From Eledone cirrhosa (taxonomy: Eukaryota): a stretch of DNA of 64,000 bases. This document shows, one piece after another, positions 1-13,954 of this stretch; the stretch's first letter is position 1, and the number at the start of each line of letters is the position of its first letter. A program made the position numbers and the translations under genes. Under the pieces are notes generated by a model. The model made no database searches and was not told where the DNA came from. It saw nothing but the letters and a program-made list of their open reading frames with translations. The stretch spans positions 3,348,001 to 3,412,000 of the forward strand of contig OZ024758.1 in NCBI GenBank assembly GCA_964016885.1, given 5' to 3'.

Positions 1-370
1 TTGAATTTCTGAGACAATGGATTTAAAATTAATATGTTCATTGTAAAATTTAACTGAAATATTTTACATCTGTGGTAAGAAACCATGGGATGGGTCCTTG
101 ACTCACAATGCTCCTTAGCGTTCCGATCGATGTGCTTCTGTCCGCCTATCTCACTTGGGCTAGACCAAGCCTAGCTTGATGCCGACAGACATCCTCCGCA
201 GTAAATTAAATATCACAATATGGTTCGGAATGCTATAGATTCTGCAAGAAATTTGCAACCAAAACTTTCAAGAGAGACTAAGTCATGTAGAAATAAATCA
301 ATTCCAGTCCAACACAATTACTAAAAGCTGTTCAACAATCATTGTAAGAGTTATATATTGTTGCTCTACA

Positions 371-454
371 TACAGGGTATACCAAGAAAATGTATATGAA
401 TATATTTATTAGAATACCGTTGAAGAGTGTTTACAGGTTTTGGACCACCCTGTA
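371..454. mobile_element. Tiny Tc1/mariner-type MITE
   Basis: Left end TA-CAGGGTATACCAAG; the right end reverse-complements to TA-CAGGGTGGTCCAAA. TA target duplication and CAGGGT termini are typical of mariner-type elements. Confidence 0.55.
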
Positions 455-1164
455 TATCTCGAAAATATTATTTCATGTGATAAAACAGGTAAACACGTAG
501 AATTGAAAGCCCAGGATATCAGCGCAATTATAGAAGTTACAAGTGAACCTAATAACAGACAACATCATCTACTCGGATGAACTGATCACATTTCTCTATA
601 ATAACGGAGAAAATATTAATTTCTATGATAATAGGTTCAACACAAGCCATATGGAACTAAATTCAGCGCATTATACAATACATTAATCTCATCTGATATT
701 GAAAGTAACTCAAGATAGTATGGCACATTTGTGAAGATTCAGGCTTCTTGACCAATGGAGAAATATATACTTATTCAAGACAAAGGTATATCATCGTAAA
801 GCAACGGGTAGAGGTTAAAGAGCGGACAATAAGAACACATGATAAACTATAGCGTGGTAAATATACTCAATCAAGTCATAAAGAGTGTACATTATCTTGG
901 TCAAAATCAAATATTATGCATTGAATTAAATCGGATTTGCATAATTATTCTAAATAGAAATCTACTTACAGCGCAGATATACTGAAATATATATTGAATT
1001 CATCACGGAATACTATCAGCTATTCGTATCATACAACATATACAGAAACAGCTAAAGTATCTGAAATTCCTCTCCATGAAAAATTAATGAATTTAAAGAT
1101 AGTTTACACTATTTAATGGATATAAAACTTTAATGTCAATGAGGAAATATCCGCCATCTTAAAT

Positions 1165-1191
1165 ATACATACATGTATATATATATATATT

Positions 1192-1259
<68 letters not shown>

Positions 1260-1271
1260 TATATATATATT

Positions 1272-1326
<55 letters not shown>

Positions 1327-1565
1327 ATATATATATATATTTATATATGCACACACACACATATATATATATATATATTTATATACACATATATCATACA
1401 CACACACACATACACACACATACATATACATATATATATATATCATACACACACACATATATATATATCATACACACACACATATATCTATCATACACAC
1501 ACACATATCTATCATACACACACACATATATCTATCATACACACACATATAACACACACACACAA
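1165..1565. repeat. Compound (TA)n/(CA)n microsatellite with higher-order units
   Basis: The unit GTA(TA)nTTTATA..(CA)n recurs three times, followed by repeated TATCATACACACAC units. Confidence 0.95.
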
Positions 1566-1811
1566 TCCTAGTCTTCAGAACATTGATAAAGGTACATAAC
1601 TATTGACCGTGCCAGTGACATCCTATTAAAAACAGGACTTACAAAAAGATGTTATGTTATGTTTTATATTTTGTATCTCGGCTCTGTAATACATCTGATA
1701 GTTTACATTGAGCCTATTCACTTGCTGGTAATTAGCTAGTGCTTAGTACTACCCTTCCTATTCATAATTGCATATAACTCATATATATATATTTATATAC
1801 ATATTATTACT

Positions 1812-1859
<48 letters not shown>

Positions 1860-1928
1860 TCACAAGCGTGAAACTAAAAACCATATCATTTGTACTGCCT
1901 CTGCTTTTTTTGTTCTGTCCATTTATTC

Positions 1929-1982
<54 letters not shown>

Positions 1983-2685
1983 GAAATTAAAGTGTTTAAT
2001 ATATCCCACACGCGTATTAGTTAAGGAAATATAAATGGGGCCTGCTAAATGGTGCCTGCATGAAAGGTTATTTACAATAATGTATAACATGTGTTTATGA
2101 GTGGCCCTGTTCTTCGTTAAACTGTGATATCAGTCACTTAGTTACAAGTGAATCGATATGCAGCTGGTGGTGTCTACGTAGGTTATGAAACGTCACAACG
2201 TTAACCAGCCTAAATAAATATTTACTATTCAGGCAGTTATAGGTAGGAAGCTCAGGGACATACGCACCTATTTTAACAGAGACTGATACACTTGTCTAGC
2301 AATCAATTATAAATTGATAGTTAATATATGATTAGAAATAATTGAGATTTTTAGATACGTGCCCGAATATTTCTTTGGGAAACAAAGTCAGAAAATCGAT
2401 AATAAAGATCGCCGATGAGGTGCGCTGCTCTGCGATTTAGAGCAATATATTACTTACAAACCCTGACATCGTTGCTCGAACAAAATCAATTTTCATATTC
2501 TGCAGTGTTTGTTTATCTCAAGTGACAAAAGTGAAAGCAGTACAAACATACTGTATATATATCTTTTGAGCACTTTATACGTTTACAACTGAAAATAAAG
2601 TAAAAATACACATATATATACATACATATATGACAGGACATATATTGTGAGTATATATATATATATGAATATGACAGGATTATAT

Positions 2686-2734
<49 letters not shown>

Positions 2735-5590
2735 GCGTGTGATTGTATATGTGTTTGAATATGGGTCTGTCTGAATGTTTATGTACCTTTGTGTTTGTTT
2801 ATTCATATATGGTCATACATATATACAATTACACGTATATGGTGGGATGACGTTATATATGTTTGTGTATTTACTAGTGTATATAGTAATTGACTGACTA
2901 TAAATTTGCTTTTAGTAAGTATTGACAGCTTTTTACGTTCATTATCATAACAATAAAGAGTATATAAAATACGAATGATTTAGTTTCATTTCTCTTCCAT
3001 TATATCTAAATTGCTTTCATACATTACTATGTACTATATTCCACACATCGCATCGTTAGTATTTTTGTCTTTAGTAAGACATTATAATAAATATTAATGT
3101 ATATATGTTTGTATATGCGTAATCATGGAGCAGTTTATATATTTCATGTAGGTTTACAGAATTTTCGTCTCTTTTGTCTTACTCTATATCTAATCGTTGC
3201 TTTCCTCTTTTTTCTATCCTTACTGTGAAATACATTTAGAAATTGATTTATTACATAGCCATAAATATTCTGATTTATTTGGGAGGATAGTAGAGACATT
3301 CAAAAGTTCAACGCTTTTCCAAAATTATCTGCGATATATGGAATATTAAAGTGTTTCAAACTGTAATTTAGACATGTTCGGCCATATACAAGACTTTCTC
3401 TACAGCGTTTCTATGATTAAATTAGCCAAAACTCACTTTATATCATTTGCAATATCACTTTGCAAAAGGCTATTGGTAACGGACGCATTAGGTTTCACAA
3501 TATAATAAAATATGATTCTTAATACCTTTACAACACTTTATATCTAGGGTATGAGAAAACTAGATAAGCCGATTACAATATTTTCTGGTATTTATTTTAT
3601 CAATCCAGCAAGTGGAAGTCCTGTAAGGAAATCATTACACATAGAAATCAGGCAGTTGGCATCATTTCCATGAGGACAATCCATATGACTGGCTGTGTCA
3701 TTTTCAGAGGTTAAACAACACTTTAAATACACTCCTCATACTGACAGATATTCGATACAGGATAAAAAATATCTTGATGATCCTATCTCACTACAGTATC
3801 GTACAGGTCATTCACAAACTGAGGAAACTCAGGATCTAATTAAGTTTACTCGCGTTAAACTATGATGTGCCCAGCACTGTGTCATGAAATCTGCATAGTG
3901 GGATTGGGGTCTGAACTGGAATTGTTTACCAAATTAACGTCTTACTGATATGTCGGAGAAGATATAGTGTATTACTTTCTAGACATCTGTTTAAGGGTTT
4001 TGGACTTATATGAATATCATTCATATAAAGACAACCTTTTCAATTTGTTCTGTGTGTATGGCAAGGTATTAGTTGGTGTGAATTTCCTTTTTATCTTTGG
4101 GTTGCTACTTAGCATCCGATGAGTCATCACTGAACGGATCCCCTTCCGGAATAAATTTCGTGTCAGGGCTATCAAATAATTAAAAATGTCAGGACTATCA
4201 AATATTTAATGTATTTAAGTCATCCTATCTTTAGTATATTACATTTGCCTACGTGCACTTTCAATTTGATAGTTCCCTGGGTACTGCCACTTGCAATTAT
4301 ATGGTTCAACCTGTTTTGAATATCATTGCTTTCACGTTCAGATTTTTAAATGAATCTAAAGATATCAAAAATGATGACAGAATACTCTTATTTATGTTCA
4401 AGTTTAAGCCCTTACACATACGAGTTCTGTTGTTTATCTGAATATATTTATATATTTGGTAGTAAGCGTACAGTTCTTAAAATCGGAAGGACGAATTGGA
4501 AAATACATTTTTTTTTACTATATATTAGACAGTTATTTTCTGATTAAAATGAGATTGCTGTGGAAAGGAATCATCTTTTCACTGGTCTCGTTGTCACAAA
4601 AAAGAACAGCGACATAATCATTTTGCAGACAATCAAATTTGTGTGGACATTTTTCTAGTTTATTCAATCATTTGACAATTTATATCATAATTATGTTTGA
4701 ATCGTGATCTTCTATAAGGATGTCTACATTCATTCTACAGCTGCTATTTAATTTTGTTTTCCTCGTCGATAAATAATTGGTTTCGTTATATAATACGCAA
4801 TAGTTGTCCTTTGGCTACATATATAAGAAAATGTGTTACATTATCTGTTGGCTCAGTTCTATATTATTTCTCAATGAGTAAGCTTCAGTAAATGTTATCT
4901 GTATATTCGCGAATCTTAAATGACAATTTTAATCGAATAAATCTAAACCCACATATACATATATTAAGTTTCTGAATATTTACTTATATGCCTGCTGTTC
5001 ATCTTCCGATATTCTGATGAAACCAACATTAATAGAAATGTTATGCGAATTATAGGAGGCAGTTTGGCTTCACTGAGAGGTAAGAATGTGTTATTCATAG
5101 GAACGGTTTATGCAATTTCCTTGAATGTAGATGAGAGGATTTTATTTGTATCTTAACACCGGGACTAGTCCTATGCCTATCTGATTTGGATGTTTGTGCT
5201 GATCCGAACACATTTTTCGTATGGCTTACATTAATAACAAATGTTCTATTCGACTTGATACTAGTTCTACTTATTACAAAGTTTGTCTATTCTCCTACAA
5301 GATAATTCAATGCGATTCACCTTTTATTCTGTTCCTACCGAGTATTGCTAGCTTTCGTTACATCACTGACCCATGTCGAAAATTTCAATATATTAGGATT
5401 TTTATCTTATGAAATTTAAATTCATACCTCACTATAAACATTACTACACAAGTTCATGGCTGGTTTCATTTTCATTATATCTTCTTACTTCCATTTAGAT
5501 TTAGGTCTACAAATACCATTTTAACAAAATGTTTTCAGCTCATTTTGAATTAACTTAAATCATCTAAAATTGGTGGTAAGTACATCAATA

Positions 5591-5777
5591 TAATGGTTTC
5601 TACTTTGGGCACAAGGCCAGTAATTATCCCAGTGTATTACTGGTGCTTTATTTTATCGACCCCGTAAGGATGAAAGGCAAAGTTAACCTCGGCGGTATTT
5701 GAACTCATACCATAAAGGGCCCTAGCTCTTTACTGAAAAGCATGGCGTCAGACCCTCTAGCGATACTGCCAATCCAC
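5591..5777 (-). mobile_element. tRNA-derived SINE family A (Meta-domain-like core), full length
   Basis: Reverse complement reads TGGCAGTATCG (A box) .. GAGTTCAAAT (B box) .. CGAGGTTAACTTTGCCTTTCATCCTTACGGGGTCGATAAAATAAAG .. CTGGCCTTGTGCCCAAAGTAGAAAC. About 20 other copies in this window match it. Confidence 0.9.
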
Positions 5778-6940
5778 GTAATGCCGATGAAGCTCATTCT
5801 AGCAGAAAACAAGAGCAGTTTCAAAAGTTTCCCTTTTCTCTGCAGTAGCGAAGGCTATATATTTTTATCAGGTCATCTCAATCCATGAAGTTATATTAAA
5901 TTTTGTGTAGATATACACTTACAGGTCACTTACAAACGTTCAACTGATGTTTAAGTTGTAAAGCTTTCAGTGAATCGCTGTCGATGCAAACAAAGGCACG
6001 CTTGAAATACACGAGTTACTGAGGTTTAATTGTATGTAGATATTTGCGCAATGATACATTTTCTCTATGTACCTTCCACTAAAATCATTGATATCTGCTT
6101 CTCTTATGCAAATGATAATGCGCAATTTAAAGGCAACATAAATACAGATTTTATAAAATAATTTAATTACTTTAAATAATCTTTATTTTCTTTTCTTTTA
6201 TGATCATCAATATTTCAAGAAGAAATTATAGAACGGAGTAAAAATAAAATGCTTGATACTGTGAAAATAACTTGAATAAATTTGACAGTATGTACCTGAA
6301 AAACATGCAAACCTGGTTAGTGTGAGCATTTCACTTTCTAGAGTGAGTATTTTGTGTATCATAGCTATGACAATTATCTTAATATTTTCCTACATCTAAA
6401 TATATAGCAAGAATATGATTAGATATGCAATATATCTCACCAACTCTCATTTCATCGGTGTTTTTGTTTAAACTACGCTTTGTTCAACGTATAAAAAAGA
6501 TATTTTGACGTTTTCAACTGAATTTTTTCCTGAATTCTATTCACATACATTACAGTTTTATTTGTATACACTGCATACCAAATATATATGATGTATTTTA
6601 ATATAACATAAATAACTCCTTAAATATTGAAATGTATTATTAATATCTCTAAAATATATTAACAACTTTTACATGAAAACTTCGACTAGAAAAACTCTAC
6701 GATGAAAGAGTAAACGAAATGCATCAATATTTAAATCAAATATTTCATTACATAACTTTGAAATATATACGTATTGATATAAACGACGATATTAATATAT
6801 CTTGTATTTTATACTGTGTCTCATAACAGTGCGCTTCAAACTTTACAAATCTAAATCACAAACATTGCTTTTAGAATACATATTTCAAAATACACACTCA
6901 CAGTTTTATTAATGAGCAGAGAGGACAATATGGGGCTATA

Positions 6941-7062
6941 ATATTGTTTCTAATTCAGGCACAACGCCAGCAATTTGAAGAGGAGGGGGAAAGTCGCTTA
7001 AATCGATCCCAGTGAATTACTGTTGCTTTATTTTAACTACCCTGCTTGGGATGAGGCTAAAA
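6941..7062 (-). mobile_element. SINE family A, long-3' variant, degraded 3' part
   Basis: TTGTTTCTAATTCAGGCACAACGCCAGCAATT followed by the extra GAGGAGGGGGAAAGTCG..AATCGATCCCAGT segment. Confidence 0.7.
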
Positions 7063-7610
7063 ATACCTGGGAATCGGAATTGAGATTACAGAGAGAACCG
7101 TCTGTAACCCTACATTCGAAAACATGCAACTTGTAGGAAACAAGAGATTATATTTACTCAAACGAACCGGTCTTGTTAAAAGTTTCTTCAAATGATAGTG
7201 TAAACGTTTTTTGAAATTACATATTTTCGGAGGAATATTAGAGAAGGCAATGTTATCTTATGATCATTCCAATGTATCGTTACGACATATATAAAGAAAA
7301 ACACATGTATATAACTATAAATAAAGAAACAAAGATGTATACGCCCACCATAAAATCGCCATTAACCGAATTATGAGGAAAATCATGTTTGGTTTACAAT
7401 ATTGATGTTATTGCAGCATAATTATTTTCAATTATAATATGAAACATCTATGGAGGAAATGGTGAGTGAAATGGTTCAATGATGCATGGTTGCTGACCAC
7501 CTCTTTGATAAACGGCGAAACGCGATTAATTGATAAAATTTAAAGAAAATAAACTTAACTGACCTAACATTGTTTCTGAATTGCAAGTTTAAATATTTGT
7601 GAATTTGGTG

Positions 7611-7870
7611 AACCCCACCGAGGTTAACTTTGCCTTTCATTCTTACGCGGGGGGGGGGGGGTCGGTAAAATAAAGTACCAAAAATATACTTCAGTAATTG
7701 CTGGCCTTGTGCCAAATGTAGAAACAATTATTCGTTGACATAGAGTTAATGCTCTTTATGATCTGAGGTCAAATCCCACCGAGGTTAACTTTGCCTTTTA
7801 TCCTTACGAGGTCGATAAAATCAAGTACCAGTCACGTACTGGTGTCGACTTTCCCCTCCCCAAAATATTA
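7611..7870 (+). mobile_element. Two adjacent 5'-truncated SINE A copies (7611-7732, 7737-7870)
   Basis: Both contain CCACCGAGGTTAACTTTGCCTTT..ATCC/TTCTTACG..GTCG.TAAAAT.AAGTACCA. The first has an expanded poly-G run; the second carries the long-variant GTCGACTTTCCCCTCCC segment. Confidence 0.88.
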
Positions 7871-7959
7871 TTAGTAAATGACGAAAGAAAACATTTCTGT
7901 TATATGAAGTGTATTATATATATTCAAAAATATAGTTAGGCCAATGCTTGAACGCGTAA

Positions 7960-8055
7960 AGCGACTGAGAGTACAAGACGCCTACTGGACAGGATGCCTG
8001 TCCTTTAAGCTTTAAACGGCCAGCAATTGCTGGTATTCATTATCAATGAGCTGCT
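7960..8055 (-). mobile_element. Possible ancient SINE fragment (Deu/Nin-domain-like)
   Basis: CTACTGGACAGGATGCCTGTCC..CCAGCAATTGCTGGTATTCATT resembles the reverse of the recalled Deu/Nin SINE core (CTGGATGGGATGCTAGTCC..CCAGC..GCCGGTACCCATT). Single degraded copy. Confidence 0.3.
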
Positions 8056-8286
8056 CAATATTACCAAACTTAGGCAAATTAAATCAATTGTCAATAGTAC
8101 TCAAACTATAAGATCATATAAAAAGATCAACTCGTGGTATGATAGGTTATGCCAGATCAGATGTGCAAACAAAGTAATTATGGAAGATTGCTTACCAGTC
8201 AACGCGTGTAGACGGAAAAAGTTTGAACACTCCAATTTTTCATTCTGACCAATTTTTCCTCCCTAGTCATTCCTGGTATCATACTT

Positions 8287-8374
<88 letters not shown>

Positions 8375-8742
8375 GTTGTCTGGAGAGGAGCAACCACAAA
8401 TAAGACTGTTTGAGTCAGAAACCGTTTACTGAAAACAAAAGGCGTACTAACTGTAAATAGCATAACACTAAAAGGTGGATTATAATGATGGGAGTGGGAT
8501 TTTAGGTCACACATGCAGGTGTGTCAAGAGGTGCCTAGGTTGTTCCATTATGCAGTAACGATGGATGTAGGGGGAGGGTAGCATTCATGCTCGTATGAGT
8601 GGGATTACATGTACAATCCTGAGCAAAATACGTCCAGATAATTCGATATTCACCACAACACAGATTCGATGTTCTTTCAGTGTGATGGTGGTGGGGTTTA
8701 TGTGAGTGTTACTCGCAGACTGTCACTATTTCTGTGTCTGTC

Positions 8743-8808
<66 letters not shown>

Positions 8809-8900
8809 CATATTAACCACAAAAAATGTATATATGAGGTTGACTACTAAAAATGTATACATAATTGGATTACCTGTACAGGCATTATTTATTAGAATGC

Positions 8901-9094
8901 AGTGAATTAGCAGTCGGACGCCATCCTTAGAGGGTCGGACGCCATGCTTTCCAGCATAGTTAAGTCCCGTTACGGTCTGAGTCCAAATCCCGTCGAGGCT
9001 AACTTTACCTTCCATCCTTACCGGGTCGATAAAATAAAGTACCAGTAATGAACTGGGTAATTGCTGCTCTTGTGCCAAAAGTAGAAACAATTAT
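8901..9094 (+). mobile_element. SINE family A, full length, with TSD
   Basis: Family consensus with an internal GTCGGACGCCAT duplication. Flanked by ATTATTTATTA(G/A)AATGC at ~8884-8900 and ~9090-9106. Confidence 0.9.
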
Positions 9095-9364
9095 TTATTA
9101 AAATGCTGTTCAATGTGTATACATGTTTGGGGGATATGCCTGCTAAACACAGGTATGGATCGAGTGTGTTGCGCTGCACTCCATCTCTGAATGCACGAAT
9201 CAACGTCCCATCTGACAGTGACGTATCTATTTAGAGAATTCAGCCTCCTCCAACATGATACCTTTGCAAGTCGCGGTGAAATCGGCAGGTAGGCATTATT
9301 GCTTTGGTCCATGTAAACATAAGAAGAGTTAGAAAATGTTTGGTATGTTGGAAATAAGACAGAG

Positions 9365-9500
9365 ATATATGTGAAATATCTGCCCATAGAGGAAGGGAGG
9401 CAGAGTAGACTTCGACGGGGATTGAACACAGATTGAAGATCCCCGAAACGAATTGTACAAAGATTTCTCTCCGGCGTTGTCAAGACTCTGCAAATTCGGT
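9365..9500 (-). mobile_element. Old SINE related to family A
   Basis: GAGGAAGGGAGGCAGAGTAGACTTCGACGGGGATTGAACACAGA is a decayed form of AAGGATGAAAGGCAAAGTCGACCTCGGCGGGATTTGAACTCAGA. Confidence 0.6.
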
Positions 9501-9544
9501 GGTAAGTGTAACCTCTACATCTTCCCACCACTCAATTAATTCAG

Positions 9545-9750
9545 GGTAACTCGTTGCACCAAAGAGCACAAGCATGCCTCCCAATGGCTCCTGTCAGAAG
9601 CAACCATTTCCAATATTTTGTACTTGTTCCCAAGCGAGAACAGACATTCTCATGGGAGCTATCCAACAATCTTGCTCGGAGTCTAACTTTGGGTCTCCTG
9701 CTAATCGTTTTGGTTATGTAAAATATGTCTCCAACGAATGATTTGCATTA
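9545..9750 (-). mobile_element. RTE-clade LINE 3' end (Rex3/Expander-like), decayed
   Basis: Minus-strand translation with frameshifts gives RHILH..ISRRPKVRLRARLLD..SRLG..LEMVASDRSHWEACL, matching the RTE C-terminus (GRRPRGRPRTRW.D..RLG..E.V..DR..W). Confidence 0.65.
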
Positions 9751-9799
9751 TGTTGAAAGAATTACAGGAATGTGCAGGCGTTGGTGCAAGAGTCTGAGG

Positions 9800-10105
9800 A
9801 GGGATTTCAGTCTTTAGAACTCGGTAATCTATAGAACGGGGGTAGGTATAAAACAGATATGCATTCACTTTATTTCGGTATTTGTACTAAACCTTACTTA
9901 TGGTCGTGAATATTGGGTAACGATCAGAGATGTCAGATCACGAATACGAAATGTGGTTCCTCTGAAGGGTCTTTGGAGTAAGGTTACTCAATAGAGAACC
10001 CAGTTCGGAGACCAGTGTTTGGCTCCAGTTAGAATCTTTACTTCTCCAAATTTGGAGACAACATCTCTGATACCATGGGTAAGTGATCAGATTGACTCAG
10101 GAATT
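9800..10105 (+). mobile_element. RTE-clade LINE post-RT segment, decayed
   Basis: Translation SVFVLNLTYGREYWVTIRDVRSRIR / EMWFL*RVFGVRLLNREPSSE..LESLLLQIWRQHL*YHG*VIR matches RTE/Rex3 PTLTYGHE.WV..RSRIQAAEM.FLRRV.G..L.DR..SS..EPLLL.IERSQLRW.GH. Confidence 0.8.
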
Positions 10106-10829
10106 GAAACGCTGGACATATTTTACAGCCAAATATTACACGACGCTCTTTCCTTTCGTAATACATTTGTAACTTTCTGTATCAAAGAAGTTTCAAACGT
10201 AACCAATGACGAGATTTGGAAATATATCTGCTGAGTATAACACATTTCTTTTACATGAAGTACTTGGAAAATATTTCGTGTAAAATTCACAGAAATTAGT
10301 TTATACTTTATTATTTTTTATTCCTGTTAAAATCCGTTTGAAATGAAACTTTGAAAAATCTTCCTGCCATTTAAAATCTATTTCTTATCACAGAAAAAAA
10401 AACTGTGTGGATAATCGATTATCATGACTCCCTGATGTTAACGATTGTTGGTACTTTAACATTTTTCAAAGAAAAAGTTACAAATAGCTACAGGGGAGCT
10501 GTTGAAGTGTTATCCCTTCTAGGATTTTTGGTAAGATTGCAACGTATTCAATCAATTGATACAGATTGAACAATTATCCCACATTTTAAAGAGACCTGGT
10601 ATAGATATAGGTATATATGTTTAGGGTTTTAAGCGTATGCCTTTACATGTATGTATGTTGGCTTGTATATATATATACATACCTACAAATGCATACGCTT
10701 ACAACTAATGATATATATATATATATATATATATATAGGAACATGTTTAACCCCGACGGCAGAGTTTAGCTGGACATGCTCACCGACATCCAGAGTTGAC
10801 ATTGCACACAGTGCTCCTGTGGGATCCTC

Positions 10830-10832
<3 letters not shown>

Positions 10833-10866
<34 letters not shown>

Positions 10867-10877
10867 ATATATATATG

Positions 10878-10933
<56 letters not shown>

Positions 10934-10938
10934 TGTAT

Positions 10939-10977
<39 letters not shown>

Positions 10978-11245
10978 CATAGAGAGGGCAAGAGAGAGAG
11001 ATAATGATGTATGCATCCCACCCCATCCACACAACTATATAAAAAAATAAATACATATATATAATAGAGAGATTGATAGATAGATAGATAGATAGATACA
11101 TCTGTTTGATTGTTGGCAAGAGATAGTGCGAATCAGTGGTGACCAACTGATACACGTCATATACATATAATAGTTGATTGAATGTTAGAGGCACTTACAT
11201 ATAGACACGCATATATGTGTATGTATGTATATATATGTATTAATA

Positions 11246-11291
<46 letters not shown>

Positions 11292-11330
11292 AATATATAT
11301 ATATATAAATATATATATGCATATATATTC

Positions 11331-11396
<66 letters not shown>

Positions 11397-11481
11397 TTAT
11401 ATATATATATATATATATACATTTATATAATTAGATAAGTAAATATATATATTCATATATATATATAATATATATATATGA

Positions 11482-11540
<59 letters not shown>

Positions 11541-11760
11541 TATAAATATATATATAAATATTTATATATATATATATATATGAATATATATATATATACA
11601 TATATATACTCATACATATGTATACATACATATATACATATATATATACATATATATATATATATAATTATATACATACGTGTGTAAATACATATATATA
11701 TATATATACTTATATATAATTATACTTATATATAATTATATATAATGTGTGTATATATGT
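10833..11760. repeat. (TA)n / (GATA)n microsatellite cluster
   Basis: Direct inspection. Confidence 0.95.
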
Positions 11761-12450
11761 ATATCCATATGTATATGTGTCTTTCCATGTATGTGTGTGC
11801 GTGCGCATGTGTATAATTATGTTGTACATCAAATACCCGTTGGTAAGCGTTCATAAAACAAGAAATTTCTATTGATGTCCAAATCAATTTACGAAATGTC
11901 ACGATTTTCCGAATTACATATGTAACCTACCATCCTCAGCATAGTTATGTTTTACAGGCGAAAATCAATAAGGAATTTTGGTGTCACATGGTGATATATA
12001 GTTCGCTATGATAAACGTCATTCGCATGTCGCATGACGTTTAAAGTAAAAGCCAAATCTATATTTTACTATCCAACTATTGGCAGATGCTATGTCCCCGT
12101 TAAACCACAATTATGTATATATTGCCTGCTTAACCATTTCCGATGTACGTGAGATATTTATTGAAATAATTTACTAGAAATGATAAATTAAAGGGTCATA
12201 TGGCCGTGAAGAGAACATTTAAATCAGAAGTTTCATTTTAAGTCAGTCACTCACGCTAAACATTACCCATGCTACAAATAAAGTCATATTTGCTTCATAT
12301 GAAAGCGGATGTTCTTAGAATATTAACGACACAAACAAGTTCTTTATAAAACAAACAGCGTCTTTAGGCCATGTACGTAGAATGACCCCATCATTCTTGC
12401 TCTTGTATTGGTTTCAATAAGCTGTTTGCATACTTGAAAACGAATCGAAT

Positions 12451-12620
12451 TAGAGGGTCGGACGCCATGCTTTGCAGCGAAGAGTTACGGCCCTTTATGG
12501 TCTGAGTTCAATCCCGCCGAGGTTAACTTTGCCTTTCATCCTTACGGGGTCGATAGAATAATGTACCAGTAATACACTGACATAATTGCTGGCCTTGTGC
12601 CAAAAGTAGAACAACTTATT
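12451..12620 (+). mobile_element. SINE family A
   Basis: TAGAGGGTCGGACGCCATGCTTTGCAGC..GAGTTCAATCCCGCCGAGGTTAACTTTGCCTTTCATCCTTACGGGGTCGATA..TGCTGGCCTTGTGCCAAAAGTAGAAC. Confidence 0.9.
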
Positions 12621-13229
12621 AATATTCAAAGAACTTAGATGTTAATGTATTGCATCAAGCCATGTAGAACGATAAAACTATTTTTAACTATTTATTTTCT
12701 TCAATTTCCAAATACATAGATTTATTCATCTAAATATATATCAGTTATTGAAACAGATAAATACATCTATATGTTGGTGCATCTTGTGTATTCTTCACAG
12801 TTATTCTCTTATTGCATTTTCAAATGTTTATTGACGTAGGATTTCTTTGATACAAGTTTTCAAAAAGCCGCAGTGCATTTTTTTTTCAATTTCCTACTTT
12901 TAAACGTTTAATAATAGAATAGAAAATTCGCATTGGATAAAATCCACATAAACGAACACTTGTTAAACGTGTAAGACGTTACATAGGAAAAACCTTTACC
13001 GGCTGTGCAAGCTCTAATGATTGATAAAATCAGAAATTTTACTGAAAGTACTTAAATATTTGGAAGTAGTTGTTTATGTTAACAATTTGCTACCGCTGGG
13101 AAAAGGAGCGATGAATTTAAGTTGTTTACGATATATTAAATATCTGCAAATTTCACCATACAGACTTTCAGACAAGCAGTGGAAAGACATAAATAATTGC
13201 AAACATATACACAAGTTATCTATTATCTA

Positions 13230-13267
13230 CTCATATATATATCTATATATATATATATATGTATGTA

Positions 13268-13347
<80 letters not shown>

Positions 13348-13527
13348 AGTGTGTATGTGTGGGTGTATATATATATATATATATATACATGTACATATAT
13401 ATATGTATATATGTGTATATATATATATATATATGTGTATATATATGTATATATATATATATATACATATATACATATATATTACACATATATATACACA
13501 CACATATATATATATAAATATATATAA

Positions 13528-13589
<62 letters not shown>

Positions 13590-13600
13590 GTGTGTGTGTT
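13230..13600. repeat. (TA)n compound microsatellite
   Basis: Direct inspection. Confidence 0.95.
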
Positions 13601-13760
13601 TATTCAAATATATGTAAATATGTGTATGTGTCTGTCGGTAAGGGTTCAAAGAAAGCAATGTATGATCACATATGTGCGTATATATTATATATGCCTCAGC
13701 CTTGACGCCACACTGCTTGCAAAGTGGGGTATTCACTGACTTGTCATTATAGAACATTAT

Positions 13761-13942
13761 TTGGCAGTATCGGTAGAGGGTCGGACTCCATGCTTTGACG
13801 CATAGAGTTACGGTCCTTGCCATTCTGAGTTCAAATCCCGCCAAGGTTAACTTTGCCTTTCATCCTTACGGGGTCGATAAAATAAAGTACCATAATGTAT
13901 TGGGTAATTGCTGGCCTTGTGTCTGAAGTAGAAACAATTATT
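13761..13942 (+). mobile_element. SINE family A
   Basis: Near-consensus copy, TTGGCAGTATCGGTAGAGGGTCGGAC..GAGTTCAAATCCCGCC..GTAGAAACAATTATT. Confidence 0.92.
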
Positions 13943-13954
13943 TAGTTTGCTCAG

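Noticed and set aside
107-241. Minus-strand segment with good splice sites (tttcttgcag | ... | gtgagt)
   Set aside because: All three frames contain stops. It could only be a non-coding exon, which the sequence alone cannot support.
5784-5825. CCGATGA-AGCT..AGCA-GAAAAC hammerhead-like string
   Set aside because: The core is mutated, positions 10.1/11.1 are A.A, no stem I forms, and there is no paralog.
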